This document shows positions 18,930-28,985 of a DNA stretch of 64,000 nucleotides, one piece after another. A program made the translations under genes and the position numbers. Position 1 is the first letter of the stretch, and every line of letters begins with the position of its first letter. The DNA is from a phage. The DNA is taken from the sequence record OZ335963.1; one strand, written 5' to 3'. The notes under the pieces were generated by a model. It worked only from the letters and a program-made list of their open reading frames with translations. It was not told where the DNA came from and searched no databases.

Positions 18930-19212
18930 GAGAAATAATTCCTTGGTAAGCCCAATACGGTGGGTTAACAGAATCATCACCAGAATTTTCTTCAGGAAAA
19001 TAAACCTGGATAACAAATCCGGATGCATCAAAGGTAAAATAAACCGTAGGTAATTCACCTAACAATTCGGCACGATTATTAATTTCTTCGAGTTCTCTTT
19101 CACGTCCGGCCCAAAAACTAGGATTTAGACTACATTCATAGAAATAATAGTCATTACCGAACATATCAAAACCTTTCCAACTCTCTACCACATACCGCTC
19201 AAAACTAATCAT
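18895..19212 (-). CDS. hypothetical protein
   Basis: 105-aa ORF upstream of nrdH. Confidence 0.5.
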   Translation of the reverse strand: MISFERYVVESWKGFDMFGNDYYFYECSLNPSFWAGRERELEEINNRAELLGELPTVYFTFDASGFVIQVYFPEENSGDDSVNPPYWAYQGIISRGTKLELKEQD

Positions 19213-19214
19213 AA

Positions 19215-19430
19215 TTAAGCCTTTTTATCAAGAACAGAATTCAGTTTATTAGTAATTTTGTCCAAACGTTCATTGAATTCGCTGGAGGATAAACCCTTTT
19301 CAGGAGAAATTAAACTAATCAAGAAAAATACAACAGTAAAAGGAATAAGAAAAATAGCTCCAACTGCCATAAACAAAAAGAATGTTACGGTTGTAAGAAA
19401 ATCAGCTAAACCTTTACGAAATTTATACAT
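19215..19430 (-). CDS. small membrane protein
   Basis: 71 aa with one long hydrophobic helix. Confidence 0.5.
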   Translation of the reverse strand: MYKFRKGLADFLTTVTFFLFMAVGAIFLIPFTVVFFLISLISPEKGLSSSEFNERLDKITNKLNSVLDKKA

Positions 19431-19546
19431 ATTTTAACCCTTAATTGATTAACCAAGCATTGATAAGCACTAAACTATATTGTGAATAAAATTCTGGACC
19501 AAAATGAAAAATCATATCATTTATAGTGTCCATAATATAATTCAAT

Positions 19547-20017
19547 TTAATCATGTTTCCACACCCCATCGGTATTTGACCAAAGTCGCTGATTATCTGA
19601 TCCTCGCCACAGCTTTTTGGTCGGAAGATTTTTCTCATACTTCCCATCAATAATAACATCAACATATTTAAGCATTTCTAGTTGTTTAATATCTTCAAAC
19701 TTATATCCTGTCCACAACCAAATGCTTTTATTTGGATAAAGATTTTTTACTGTTTGAACAATGCAATGAATAACATCTCGGTTATCAGGATAAAGAGGGT
19801 CACCTCCAGTTATAGTTAATCCTTCTATATAATCATTATTCAAACATTCAATTAATTGTTCTAGTGTTTCACCAGTGAATGGAACGCCATTTCTAGCGTT
19901 CCATGTTGATTTATTATAACATCCTTCACATTTATGCAAACAACCTGTAACGAAAAGAACGACCCTGCATCCAGGGCCATTCACAAAATCGCAAGGATAA
20001 AATCTATCATAATTCAT
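19547..20017 (-). CDS. nrdG: anaerobic ribonucleotide reductase activase NrdG (radical SAM)
   Basis: 156 aa; cysteine cluster CLHKCEGC; start overlaps nrdD stop. Confidence 0.9.
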   Translation of the reverse strand: MNYDRFYPCDFVNGPGCRVVLFVTGCLHKCEGCYNKSTWNARNGVPFTGETLEQLIECLNNDYIEGLTITGGDPLYPDNRDVIHCIVQTVKNLYPNKSIWLWTGYKFEDIKQLEMLKYVDVIIDGKYEKNLPTKKLWRGSDNQRLWSNTDGVWKHD

Positions 20018-21831
20018 TGGTGTTTAATCCTATGCATGATTTCTTTATTTTTACCGAGATTAAATCCGCGTTCGTTCGGATTTCCCAAATAACCACAAGT
20101 TCTTCTTATTGTGTTCATCTTTTTAGGATCAGTTTCTCCACAAATAGAACAAACAAACCCGTTTTCAGTAGGAGTCATTTCATGTGTACTTCCGCATGTA
20201 AAACATTTATCTACTGGCATATTAACACCAAAATAATCTAAATGTTGTGCAGCATAATCCCATACAGCCTCAAGACCTTTTAGGTTATTTTTCATATCAG
20301 GAAGTTCAACATAAGAAATGTGACCACCTGTCGCAATGAAATGATATGGTGCTTCTCGAGAAATCTTTTCAAACGGAGTAATATTTTCTTCTACTGAAAC
20401 GTGGAAACTATTAGTGTACCATCCTTTATCAGTAACATCTTTTACACTTCCATATTTCTCAGTATCAAGTTTACAGAAGCGATAGCACAGGTTTTCAGCA
20501 GGTGTAGAATACAAACTAAAAGCAAAACCAGTTCTTTCAGTCCACTGCTTAAGACGAGCATTCATTTTAGTCAAAATTTCCTGTCCAATATCACGACCGA
20601 CAAGAATATTCAATTCGTGAATACCAATGTATCCTAGGGACACTGAACTTCTACCGTTTTTAAATAACTCAATTATGTCGTCATCAGGTTTAAGACGAAC
20701 CCCGAATGCACCTTCTTGGTAAAGAATAGGAGCAACAGTCGCTTTAACTCCTTTTAAGGAACTAATTCTACACATCAAAGCTTCAAAACACAAATCCATT
20801 CGTTCATTGAACAATTCGGCAAATTTCTGTTCATTGAATTGTGTTCCAATATAAGAATCTAACGCAATACGAGGAAGATTCAGTGTTACAACACCAAGAT
20901 TATTACGTCCATCAAGAATTTCATTACCAGTCGAATCTTTCCATACGCTTAAGAAACTACGGCAACCCATTGGAGAAACAGGAATAGATGAACCGGTGAT
21001 AGCTTTATTGTTCTTAGCTGAAATAATATCAGGATACATTCTTTTGCTTGCACACTCTAAAGCAAGCTGCTTAATATCATAGTTCGGATCATCTTTATAA
21101 AGATTAACACCTTCTTCAACGAACATAACAAGTTTAGGGAAAATAGGAGTTATCCCATCGCGACCAAGGCCTTTAATACGATTTTTCAGAATTGCTTTCT
21201 GAATCATTCGTTCAGTCCAGTCAGTTCCAGTACCAAATGTAATTGTTACAAAAGGCGTTTGTCCGTTTGAACTAAAGAGAGTATTTACTTCATATTCATA
21301 AGCTTGGAATGCATCGTATACGTCTTTTTCTGTTTTAGATTGGGCATAATTCAATGCATCGGCGATTTGCCATTTTTCTGCATCCTCAATATGTTTTGCA
21401 TAGGTGCGTTTAACATAAGGAGAAAGTACTTTATCTACATTCGCAAAAGTCGTTCCGCCATATTGATGAGAAGCAACCTGCGCAGTAATTTGTGCCATAA
21501 TTGCAGTAGCAACGCCGATTGATTTAGGAGTTTCAATCTGCGCATTACCGAGCTTAAATCCGTTCTCAAGCATTCCTTTTAAATCTACTAAACAGCAATT
21601 AGTAAATGGAAGAGCAGGGGAATAATCAATATCGTGGAAATGGATAATTCCGCTTTCATGCGCTTTCATAATAAAAGACGGGACCATATTTTTGGCAATG
21701 TGTTTAGACACAATACCAGCCATAAGGTCCCGTTGAGTTGGAAAAACACGAGAATCTTTATTAGCATTCTCGTTTAAAAGGTCTTTATTAGTTTTATGAA
21801 TCAATCCTTCAATTTCTTTTTCAATTGTCAT
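20014..21831 (-). CDS. nrdD: anaerobic ribonucleoside-triphosphate reductase NrdD, uninterrupted
   Basis: 605-aa continuous ORF; C-terminal glycyl-radical motif RRTCGYLG and CxxC zinc site; no intron. Confidence 0.93.
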   Translation of the reverse strand: MTIEKEIEGLIHKTNKDLLNENANKDSRVFPTQRDLMAGIVSKHIAKNMVPSFIMKAHESGIIHFHDIDYSPALPFTNCCLVDLKGMLENGFKLGNAQIETPKSIGVATAIMAQITAQVASHQYGGTTFANVDKVLSPYVKRTYAKHIEDAEKWQIADALNYAQSKTEKDVYDAFQAYEYEVNTLFSSNGQTPFVTITFGTGTDWTERMIQKAILKNRIKGLGRDGITPIFPKLVMFVEEGVNLYKDDPNYDIKQLALECASKRMYPDIISAKNNKAITGSSIPVSPMGCRSFLSVWKDSTGNEILDGRNNLGVVTLNLPRIALDSYIGTQFNEQKFAELFNERMDLCFEALMCRISSLKGVKATVAPILYQEGAFGVRLKPDDDIIELFKNGRSSVSLGYIGIHELNILVGRDIGQEILTKMNARLKQWTERTGFAFSLYSTPAENLCYRFCKLDTEKYGSVKDVTDKGWYTNSFHVSVEENITPFEKISREAPYHFIATGGHISYVELPDMKNNLKGLEAVWDYAAQHLDYFGVNMPVDKCFTCGSTHEMTPTENGFVCSICGETDPKKMNTIRRTCGYLGNPNERGFNLGKNKEIMHRIKHQ

Positions 21832-22301
21832 TTTAAACTCTTTCTAAGCTGCTTCTTAAATGAAGCTATTAATTGTGTTTTAGTGTCAGATTCATTATAT
21901 TCAAATCCTCTTTGAAGCATCTCAGCCATCATTTCCTCTTTTCCTAAACGAGAAAATTCCTTTGATTTATCTCCAACGAAGTTAGGGTGAATATTATTTT
22001 GGGTGTAATCGGATTTTAAATAAGTAAGTAAATTTTCTAACCATTCAAGATAATCAACACCTTGTCCCTTTAAGCCAGAACGATTAAATTTATGCTTCAT
22101 TTGACCTTCCGCTGCATTGCAGAGATTACAGAGCAATCCACGTACCTTTCCTGCTTTTGGTCCATTTAATTCATGGTCATGGTCAAGGTGATTAGCTTGA
22201 ACATCAGGATTTAGTTCTCGTTGGCAAATTAAGCATTTACCGTTTTGTGCATCATAAAATTTCTGTTTTTCTTCTTTGTATAATTTGCCAGTCAATAACA
22301 T
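21828..22301 (-). CDS. 49: endonuclease VII (Holliday junction resolvase)
   Basis: 157 aa, matches remembered T4 gp49 (MLLTGKLYKEEKQKFYDAQNGKCLICQ...). Confidence 0.93.
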   Translation of the reverse strand: MLLTGKLYKEEKQKFYDAQNGKCLICQRELNPDVQANHLDHDHELNGPKAGKVRGLLCNLCNAAEGQMKHKFNRSGLKGQGVDYLEWLENLLTYLKSDYTQNNIHPNFVGDKSKEFSRLGKEEMMAEMLQRGFEYNESDTKTQLIASFKKQLRKSLK

Positions 22302-22350
22302 AATAAAACCCTTACCTTGAATAGATAAGGGTATTTATTATTTTCAAGTA

Positions 22351-22815
22351 TTAAAATGCTCGGCCAGAAAAAGAATTTTGAGTTTCAAGCCATTCAATAT
22401 ATTCTGCTGCAGCTTGCATTAAATTTCCTTCATAACCATCATTATTTTCTTGTGCAGCTAATTTAGCTAATGCATATGAAATACGTTCACCTTGAAAAGC
22501 AGCTTCAGGCTTCCGAATAACTTGATCAACTCGTTCTACAACTTCTTCAATTTCGCCATTTTCTACTGATTCAGTATTCCACAAGCACCAATAGGCAGTT
22601 GGCTTATCGTAGATGTTAATAATCTTTCCATCAGAAAGTTCAATTTCAATAATTCCAGTATCAGGTTCTATATCATCTTCGCATTCTTTTGCAAGTTCAC
22701 GAACTTTAAAGACAGTACCTGCACTAAGTTCCGGCCAGTAATTACACAGCTCTTTATCAGCACGATTAATTCTAAACCACTTATCTACTACAATCATATC
22801 CCATCTCCATATCAA
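22351..22815 (-). CDS. hypothetical protein
   Basis: 154-aa acidic ORF downstream of gene 49; likely real start at the internal Met (22797). Confidence 0.5.
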   Translation of the reverse strand: MIWRWDMIVVDKWFRINRADKELCNYWPELSAGTVFKVRELAKECEDDIEPDTGIIEIELSDGKIINIYDKPTAYWCLWNTESVENGEIEEVVERVDQVIRKPEAAFQGERISYALAKLAAQENNDGYEGNLMQAAAEYIEWLETQNSFSGRAF

Positions 22816-22920
22816 TTAAGTCGTTTATCGTTGGTTCATTATATACTGTTTCTTCATCAGTGTAAACCGGTTCTTCCGGCTCTGGCTCTACTGTTTCCCA
22901 TCTAGCCGCCCACCAGGGTT

Positions 22921-23241
22921 TTATAGCGTAATCCATTCTCGTATTGTCTGAGTTACTACACGTTCACGGGGCTCGACTAGTTCAACAGTCGGAACTGCAT
23001 AATACCAGTCAGAATGGTAAGAACCTGAGCGAGATTCATTTACAGACACATGAACGTTATGTTTTGGACTAAAATAAACACACTGCCGATATTGGCATTT
23101 GCCATCTTGTACCCAATCTTCTATTTCGACAGGTTTAAGATAATCCGAAAAATCGAAATCATAATTTTCTGAAAATGCATCATGGTCTTCGATGATTTCA
23201 CTCAGAACTGCATCAACATCTAATTTATTTTCAATAGTCAT
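22921..23241 (-). CDS. hypothetical protein
   Basis: 106-aa ORF. Confidence 0.5.
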   Translation of the reverse strand: MTIENKLDVDAVLSEIIEDHDAFSENYDFDFSDYLKPVEIEDWVQDGKCQYRQCVYFSPKHNVHVSVNESRSGSYHSDWYYAVPTVELVEPRERVVTQTIREWITL

Positions 23242-23546
23242 TTGTCACACCACCAATTCGATACTTCAAAATCAGGTTCACCGTTTTCCCAATACCAAGG
23301 ACCCACCGGATGCCAATCACCATGCTCATCTTCTTCAAATTCTTCAGATTCAAGCCCAACATATTGCCATTGGACTTCATAAGCGGTATCACCGATTACA
23401 ACCGTGTTCTCACCATACGGATTAGCCACAACAAAGTCAATACCTTCTGCTTTAGCCAACCAAACCATGTATTCATAGAGTTTATATTCTAGGTCGTCTT
23501 CGGTGCCATCACCTAGAAAAATGGTTTGTTCGTTTAACCCAATCAT
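23238..23546 (-). CDS. hypothetical protein
   Basis: 102-aa acidic, Trp-rich ORF. Confidence 0.5.
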   Translation of the reverse strand: MIGLNEQTIFLGDGTEDDLEYKLYEYMVWLAKAEGIDFVVANPYGENTVVIGDTAYEVQWQYVGLESEEFEEDEHGDWHPVGPWYWENGEPDFEVSNWWCDK

Positions 23547-23731
23547 AATTCCACCATAAATTCAAATAACTGGTCGCGTACACAAGTATCAGTCCAACCC
23601 CATTCGTTGGCTTCTTCTTTTAACCAATCCGGGAGATTTGCTAATACGGTTTCTTTACTAGGGGCAGGAGTATCAAACTCTCTCGCCAACTCTCTTGCGC
23701 AGGTTTTATAGGCCATATCAAATTCAGTCAT
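23543..23731 (-). CDS. hypothetical protein
   Basis: 62-aa ORF coupled to nrdC. Confidence 0.45.
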   Translation of the reverse strand: MTEFDMAYKTCARELAREFDTPAPSKETVLANLPDWLKEEANEWGWTDTCVRDQLFEFMVEL

Positions 23732-23991
23732 TTGAAATATGCTCGCAGTTCGTCAAATCCGCCAATAGAAGTTCCATCAGGAGCAAATACCTGAGGCATC
23801 GTCAATCCGATTTGAGTATCACGACCTAGTTTCGTCAGAAGCTCAGCGATTTTCTCATCATCAAAAACGCCTTTTTCCGGCATAATGTTGATAAATTCAA
23901 ACGGCTGTTTCTTCACAGTCAAAAGACGTTTTGCATTATCGCAATACACACATTTGTGGATGTTGCTATCATAACCATATACTTTAAACAT
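23728..23991 (-). CDS. nrdC: thioredoxin/glutaredoxin NrdC
   Basis: 87 aa, CVYC active site, matches remembered T4 NrdC. Confidence 0.93.
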   Translation of the reverse strand: MFKVYGYDSNIHKCVYCDNAKRLLTVKKQPFEFINIMPEKGVFDDEKIAELLTKLGRDTQIGLTMPQVFAPDGTSIGGFDELRAYFK

Positions 23992-24220
23992 ATTATTCCT
24001 TAATTCCTAGTACTTGTTTAAAAGTCTCGTCGTAATCAAGACTTTGGCCCGTTTGTTCTTTATGTTTGTATATAATATCACTTACTTCTGATAGCATATT
24101 TTATATGAACGAGTTAAAGCAGATTTAAGCACGCTGTATCTATCAGGAAATTTACCATGTTCATTATAATACGCTATTGCTAATTCACGGACTGCCTTTT
24201 CAGCAATCTCCATATATTCT

Positions 24221-24538
24221 TTACGCTTGGTCATTTTCTTCTCGGTCAAATCGGTGTTTGCAATGACGACATTTATAACGAAGATTACTAGTCTGCCAAT
24301 GGACTAATTGAACCTGTTCAGTACCGCATTCAGGACAATTAGGAACGTTTTTAGAAGCCCTTTCGCGACGTTCAACCATAGCCATAATGGCATCCCAAGC
24401 TGGAGGTTTAAAGTCTAAATCATCACAATCATGAATCTTTCCACGCATTTCCAGATCGTCTTCTTCACCAGCCATAATAATTTTAATTAGACTGGAATTA
24501 CTTGAAGCTGCGATATCTTCTAATAGACGCTTTTTCAT
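24221..24538 (-). CDS. hypothetical zinc-ribbon protein
   Basis: 105 aa with CPECG...CRHCKH four-cysteine motif. Confidence 0.5.
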   Translation of the reverse strand: MKKRLLEDIAASSNSSLIKIIMAGEEDDLEMRGKIHDCDDLDFKPPAWDAIMAMVERRERASKNVPNCPECGTEQVQLVHWQTSNLRYKCRHCKHRFDREENDQA

Positions 24539-25464
24539 TTTAATACCTCAATAGCATTACGTAAACCATTTGCTTTTGCATTAAGAGCTTTTAACAATTT
24601 GGTGTGTTCGGCAATCTGGGCTTCAACTTCAATTAAGCGAGCATTGAGATATTCACGTTCTTCGCTCAAGTTATCAATCTTTTCTACTTTAGGCTCTTTT
24701 ACAACTGTCTTATATGTATTAGGGTTCTTCAGTTTAATTAGAATGCGTGAACTGTATAACATTGAACCATTATCTTCGGTTTCGTCATACATTTCTACTA
24801 CGTCCATGATTTTTAGCATCATGCGGAGTTTATAAGACAACGAACGAATAGTTTTGTTGTGCTTATTAATTTCTTTAGAGTTCATGGTGCCGAGATTACG
24901 TGAGTAATAATAAGGAACCTGGATATCAATTGACAATGATGCGTTACCATTACCAGTTGGTTTGAATACTGCAGTAACCCAATCTTTAACATGAACTTTA
25001 TTTGTACGGTCATCGCCAGCGGTAAATAGTTTACGAGCATGCTTAAAAAGCATATTCACTTGGTCATTGAATTGACAAGAGAATTTATCAGCAAATTTAG
25101 TTTCAGGAATGGTAGATAGCCAATCAGCCAAATGGGTCTTTTTAACATCGTTAACAATAGTAAATTCAACCAAATCGGTTATAGATGTCGTAGATTTAAT
25201 GAAGCTCGGCTTCATAAAGTTTTTAATGTTATCGCGAGCTACAGTAGAAGATAACATACGAGAACGTTTAAACCATTCAAGCAAATTGCCTAATGAATGA
25301 GAATAGGCGTTCTGAGTATCTTTACAGATATGATTTTCCTGGCCAACATATTGAAGGAAATCACGAAGAATATTATTGATTACTGCTCTGTGTCCGATAT
25401 TATAATTACGGTGTTTAGTAATAAGACTGTCAAAATAATCAATATAATGTTTACGAGTTTTCAT
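24535..25464 (-). CDS. coiled-coil-tailed protein, paralogue A
   Basis: 309 aa; C-terminal heptad-rich segment; shares the KIMDVV/KYMDVV block with paralogue C. Confidence 0.6.
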   Translation of the reverse strand: MKTRKHYIDYFDSLITKHRNYNIGHRAVINNILRDFLQYVGQENHICKDTQNAYSHSLGNLLEWFKRSRMLSSTVARDNIKNFMKPSFIKSTTSITDLVEFTIVNDVKKTHLADWLSTIPETKFADKFSCQFNDQVNMLFKHARKLFTAGDDRTNKVHVKDWVTAVFKPTGNGNASLSIDIQVPYYYSRNLGTMNSKEINKHNKTIRSLSYKLRMMLKIMDVVEMYDETEDNGSMLYSSRILIKLKNPNTYKTVVKEPKVEKIDNLSEEREYLNARLIEVEAQIAEHTKLLKALNAKANGLRNAIEVLK

Positions 25465-25516
25465 GTTCTTCTCACTTGGTTAATGATTTATACTCCGAGC
25501 CATCCATGGCTTTAAA

Positions 25517-26518
25517 TTACTTAATTAACTGTAAAGCTTGTTCAAGACGATCCAGGCGATTAACAGATTCTTCCCAAATCCTTTTAGCCTGCTCATAATC
25601 TTTCTGCGCTTTATTAGAAATTTCTAGAGCTTCTTTATAAGCTTTTTCTAATGCAATAACTTCTGGACGAATTTCTACCGATTCAGGTGAATCATCAAGA
25701 TTATCCATTAGTTCCTCAGGGGTAGTTTCTTCTTTAGGAGTATTCACAATTTCCTCACATTTTTGTTGATAAATTTCTTTATCAGTCGGTGAGTACGCGC
25801 ACTTTACTTCACGAAGACTAACTACAATTTTGTATCCTTCCCAACCGCACATATTTTTAAAAGGATAAGTATAAATATTTTCTACTGTTTCCATACAAAG
25901 TAGTGCAGTCTCTAATTGACGAGTTATATCGCTAGCGATTGAGAAAAATTTATTAATGTTCTTTTGATTAGCTTCTGGTGTAAAAAATTCATAATTCACA
26001 AAAATAGCTGCTTTATTTTTATCAAGCTCATATTCTTTTATGATAATCATATCAGAAGCCCAAGGATGGATTTGACGATAATCGCCATAGCATAATTTAG
26101 AAGCTGATTTTAGAATTTGCTTCTTGAAAAGTCTAAAATTACTAATCCAACGACGAGTAAAAATATTCTCAGGGTCTTCTTTAATATTAAGATGATAAGA
26201 ATTAACATCACCGAACCAATTGTATCCTACTACATCTTTAGTTCGTTTAATTTCTTTCCCAAATTTACTAAGAATATCTTGATTAACTAAATATGAAAGA
26301 AGACGAGACCCTTTAAAGGTTTCCTTAATATCATCTTTATATTCGCGACTAGAAATTTTATGAACTTCATGAATAAATTTGTTGGAAGAAACAATACTTG
26401 CATCAGTATTATTGAGCCATTGATTGATAATGGAAATAACACTATTCTGACTAGACATAGGTTTAACTTTATCATCAATAACACTATTGAACGATTTGAT
26501 ATATTCGTTACGAGTCAT
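25517..26518 (-). CDS. coiled-coil-tailed protein, paralogue B
   Basis: Start at MTRNEY with GAGGAG Shine-Dalgarno (333 aa); FRLFKKQILKSASKL block shared with paralogue C. Confidence 0.6.
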   Translation of the reverse strand: MTRNEYIKSFNSVIDDKVKPMSSQNSVISIINQWLNNTDASIVSSNKFIHEVHKISSREYKDDIKETFKGSRLLSYLVNQDILSKFGKEIKRTKDVVGYNWFGDVNSYHLNIKEDPENIFTRRWISNFRLFKKQILKSASKLCYGDYRQIHPWASDMIIIKEYELDKNKAAIFVNYEFFTPEANQKNINKFFSIASDITRQLETALLCMETVENIYTYPFKNMCGWEGYKIVVSLREVKCAYSPTDKEIYQQKCEEIVNTPKEETTPEELMDNLDDSPESVEIRPEVIALEKAYKEALEISNKAQKDYEQAKRIWEESVNRLDRLEQALQLIK

Positions 26519-26544
26519 ATTAATCTCCTCAGTAGAAAGTAAGA

Positions 26545-26580
26545 ACATTATACCACATCCTTGTGGCAAAGTAAACTAGT
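26545..26580 (-). promoter_or_regulatory. early promoter
   Basis: Minus-strand GTTTAC, 15-nt spacer, TGGTATAAT. Confidence 0.55.
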
Positions 26581-27604
26581 TTAGTGCATTTAGTGCATTG
26601 TTCAGTTTAGAACGTTGCTTCGTGAGATTTTTGACTTTTTCTTGAGCTTTTTCTAGCATCTTTTCAGCTTCTAACACTTCATTAGTTGCTTTAACGAGTT
26701 CATCATCTACTGCCTTGATAGACTTCTCAATCGCATCTGCATGCCATTTTTCAACAGGTTTAAGACTCGGATTTTCAACAGGAAGAAAATTCGCTTTATT
26801 GAATTTCCATGCATCCTTATTACCTGAACTATACATCCAAAATTTAGGATCGTTTGATGAGCAATTGGATAAATTTAAGTTATAGTTATCTTGTACTTCC
26901 TGCTTTTTCTCTTGCGGGATTTCGTCCTTTCTCAAAAAATCATATTTAAATGAAACGATCATATCAAGTTCATATGTTGTTGTGTCTAATTTAAATCGTT
27001 CGAAATGCTGTGAAATCTTAGACTGAACAGCAGCAACAACATCCATATACTTAAATGCTTCTGTCAACTGCGATTTAAGGCATTCGCAAATTGAAAGAGA
27101 ATTTTTTGTATTAGGTTTAAAGCTAATTCGTGCAGTTCTATTATTTTCTTTTAATGGTCTTACTTCCATCTGAAGAGTATAACCATCAAATTTCAGATTC
27201 TTTAAATTAATGTCAGAACCTTTTAATCGACTAGCCGTCGACAAAATTTGTTTTAATTGTTTACGGAATAGAGCAATAAATCTCCATTCAATACGATAAT
27301 GATTTGGATTGAAAAATCCAGATGATAAATCGACCTTACTTTGACCAACGCCTTGAACAAATAGAGGATTTTTATAATCAATAGTTTTACAGAAATCGGT
27401 GAGCTGCTCACGAGCCGTCATTTGTGTAATATACCCCGCTTTACTAAAATTACTCACCCATTCACTGCTATTTAGATATTTAAAGTGATGAATAGCACGA
27501 TTAACTTTATCAGGGTCTAAATTATTTTCACACAAAAATGTCATAACATTACGAGTATCGCTGGCAGTACGAACCATATCTTCAATTTGAGAACGAGTTT
27601 TCAT
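26576..27604 (-). CDS. coiled-coil-tailed protein, paralogue C
   Basis: 342 aa; ALFRKQLKQILSTASRL block; C-terminal coiled coil. Confidence 0.6.
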   Translation of the reverse strand: MKTRSQIEDMVRTASDTRNVMTFLCENNLDPDKVNRAIHHFKYLNSSEWVSNFSKAGYITQMTAREQLTDFCKTIDYKNPLFVQGVGQSKVDLSSGFFNPNHYRIEWRFIALFRKQLKQILSTASRLKGSDINLKNLKFDGYTLQMEVRPLKENNRTARISFKPNTKNSLSICECLKSQLTEAFKYMDVVAAVQSKISQHFERFKLDTTTYELDMIVSFKYDFLRKDEIPQEKKQEVQDNYNLNLSNCSSNDPKFWMYSSGNKDAWKFNKANFLPVENPSLKPVEKWHADAIEKSIKAVDDELVKATNEVLEAEKMLEKAQEKVKNLTKQRSKLNNALNALN

Positions 27605-27612
27605 GGTGTTCC

Positions 27613-28518
27613 TTAAGATTTAAGTAAATCAACAATTTTAATTAACTTTTCACGCTCAGATTTAGCTTTACTACTCAATCCAGATAGTCTGAAAATTTCA
27701 TCATCATATTGTTGAATAGAAATATTCAGCTCTTCAATTTGCTTATTAAAATAATCAATTTGTTCAGAATGTTTTTCATTACTACTAATTGGTACAGGTT
27801 TCGTAGGTAATGTAGTTGAACTGGATTCATCCGGGCGGTAAATTAAAATACAACTTGAACCAATAGGGCATTTTGCACCAGATGAATATTCTAATGTTCC
27901 AGATTCTTTTAAAACTTCAAAAGCTAAACAGAGATGATGCCCCATATTAACATAATCTGTGGAGCGAGCTCTGATGTAATAATCATCGCCACGAATACTA
28001 AATTTAAAGCATTTAAGGTCTTCCGTATTATTGGTCTTAAAAATCATTTGTTTATCTAGACCTTTAGCTAATCGAGCGCCTAATGCTAATAATCGTCGTT
28101 GATTTTCCCACAAATCCGCAATCATTTGATCGAATGATAATTTCGGCATTAGTCGACCATAAAGGTCATATCCTTTATTATAATTACGAAGGATTTCACT
28201 CGCGTTAATACGAGACAATGCTCCAATTTTATTAAGAGCTTTCATAATGCGATTAGATAAACTCATTCCAGACCCATTTGTTCGCTGTAAATGTTTTTCT
28301 AATCCAAATCCAATATCAACTTTAAACTTATCTAAAATTTCTGCATGAACATCTCTGTCGATAACATTCAAATCCAAAGTTGGGTTAAATCTATGAAAAA
28401 ATTTATCTGGCTCTGCACTGCGAAATACAGTCCATTCATTCATCATTTTTTTATTAACTAAAGATTTAATTACTGCATTGACATTATTAATTACTACTGA
28501 CATATTTTCCTCACTCAA
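27613..28518 (-). CDS. coiled-coil-tailed protein, paralogue D
   Basis: 301 aa; RRLLALGARLAKG block; C-terminal coiled coil. Confidence 0.55.
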   Translation of the reverse strand: MSEENMSVVINNVNAVIKSLVNKKMMNEWTVFRSAEPDKFFHRFNPTLDLNVIDRDVHAEILDKFKVDIGFGLEKHLQRTNGSGMSLSNRIMKALNKIGALSRINASEILRNYNKGYDLYGRLMPKLSFDQMIADLWENQRRLLALGARLAKGLDKQMIFKTNNTEDLKCFKFSIRGDDYYIRARSTDYVNMGHHLCLAFEVLKESGTLEYSSGAKCPIGSSCILIYRPDESSSTTLPTKPVPISSNEKHSEQIDYFNKQIEELNISIQQYDDEIFRLSGLSSKAKSEREKLIKIVDLLKS

Positions 28519-28922
28519 TCAATTTCAATTTTACTAAATATACAGAATAAGATGGAACAGACTATATAAGCACCACACACAGATTGAACTAATACCATTC
28601 CAAAGAACCAAACAATATTATCAAACAATGTCTGTTTTACGTCGAAAGGACGTAAACTTACAGTAATATTATCACCTTTTTCTATTGAAGAATACATCTC
28701 TGGGGAAATATATTCACTAAATCTATAACCGTCTTTGAGTTCATATACGGCAATAAACGATAAACTAGACCCTTTTCCTTGTGTTCCTGTAATGGTATTA
28801 ACTACAGTAACATCATAATCTTTATAATGCATATAATCATTAATTGCGTAATAACCATATGCAACTACTACACATAAACAACATATCAATAAATTCAATC
28901 TTCTAATTATCAACCGTTTCAT
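28515..28922 (-). CDS. membrane protein
   Basis: 135 aa with N- and C-terminal hydrophobic helices. Confidence 0.55.
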   Translation of the reverse strand: MKRLIIRRLNLLICCLCVVVAYGYYAINDYMHYKDYDVTVVNTITGTQGKGSSLSFIAVYELKDGYRFSEYISPEMYSSIEKGDNITVSLRPFDVKQTLFDNIVWFFGMVLVQSVCGAYIVCSILFCIFSKIEID

Positions 28923-28940
28923 AATAATCTCAATTAAAAG

Positions 28941-28985
28941 GGCTTAGAACCATTATACCATCCTTGGTATAAAGCGGTTATGCGA
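28941..28985 (-). promoter_or_regulatory. candidate early promoter (extended -10 TGGTATAAT)
   Basis: Strong extended -10 on the minus strand, weaker -35. Confidence 0.4.
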
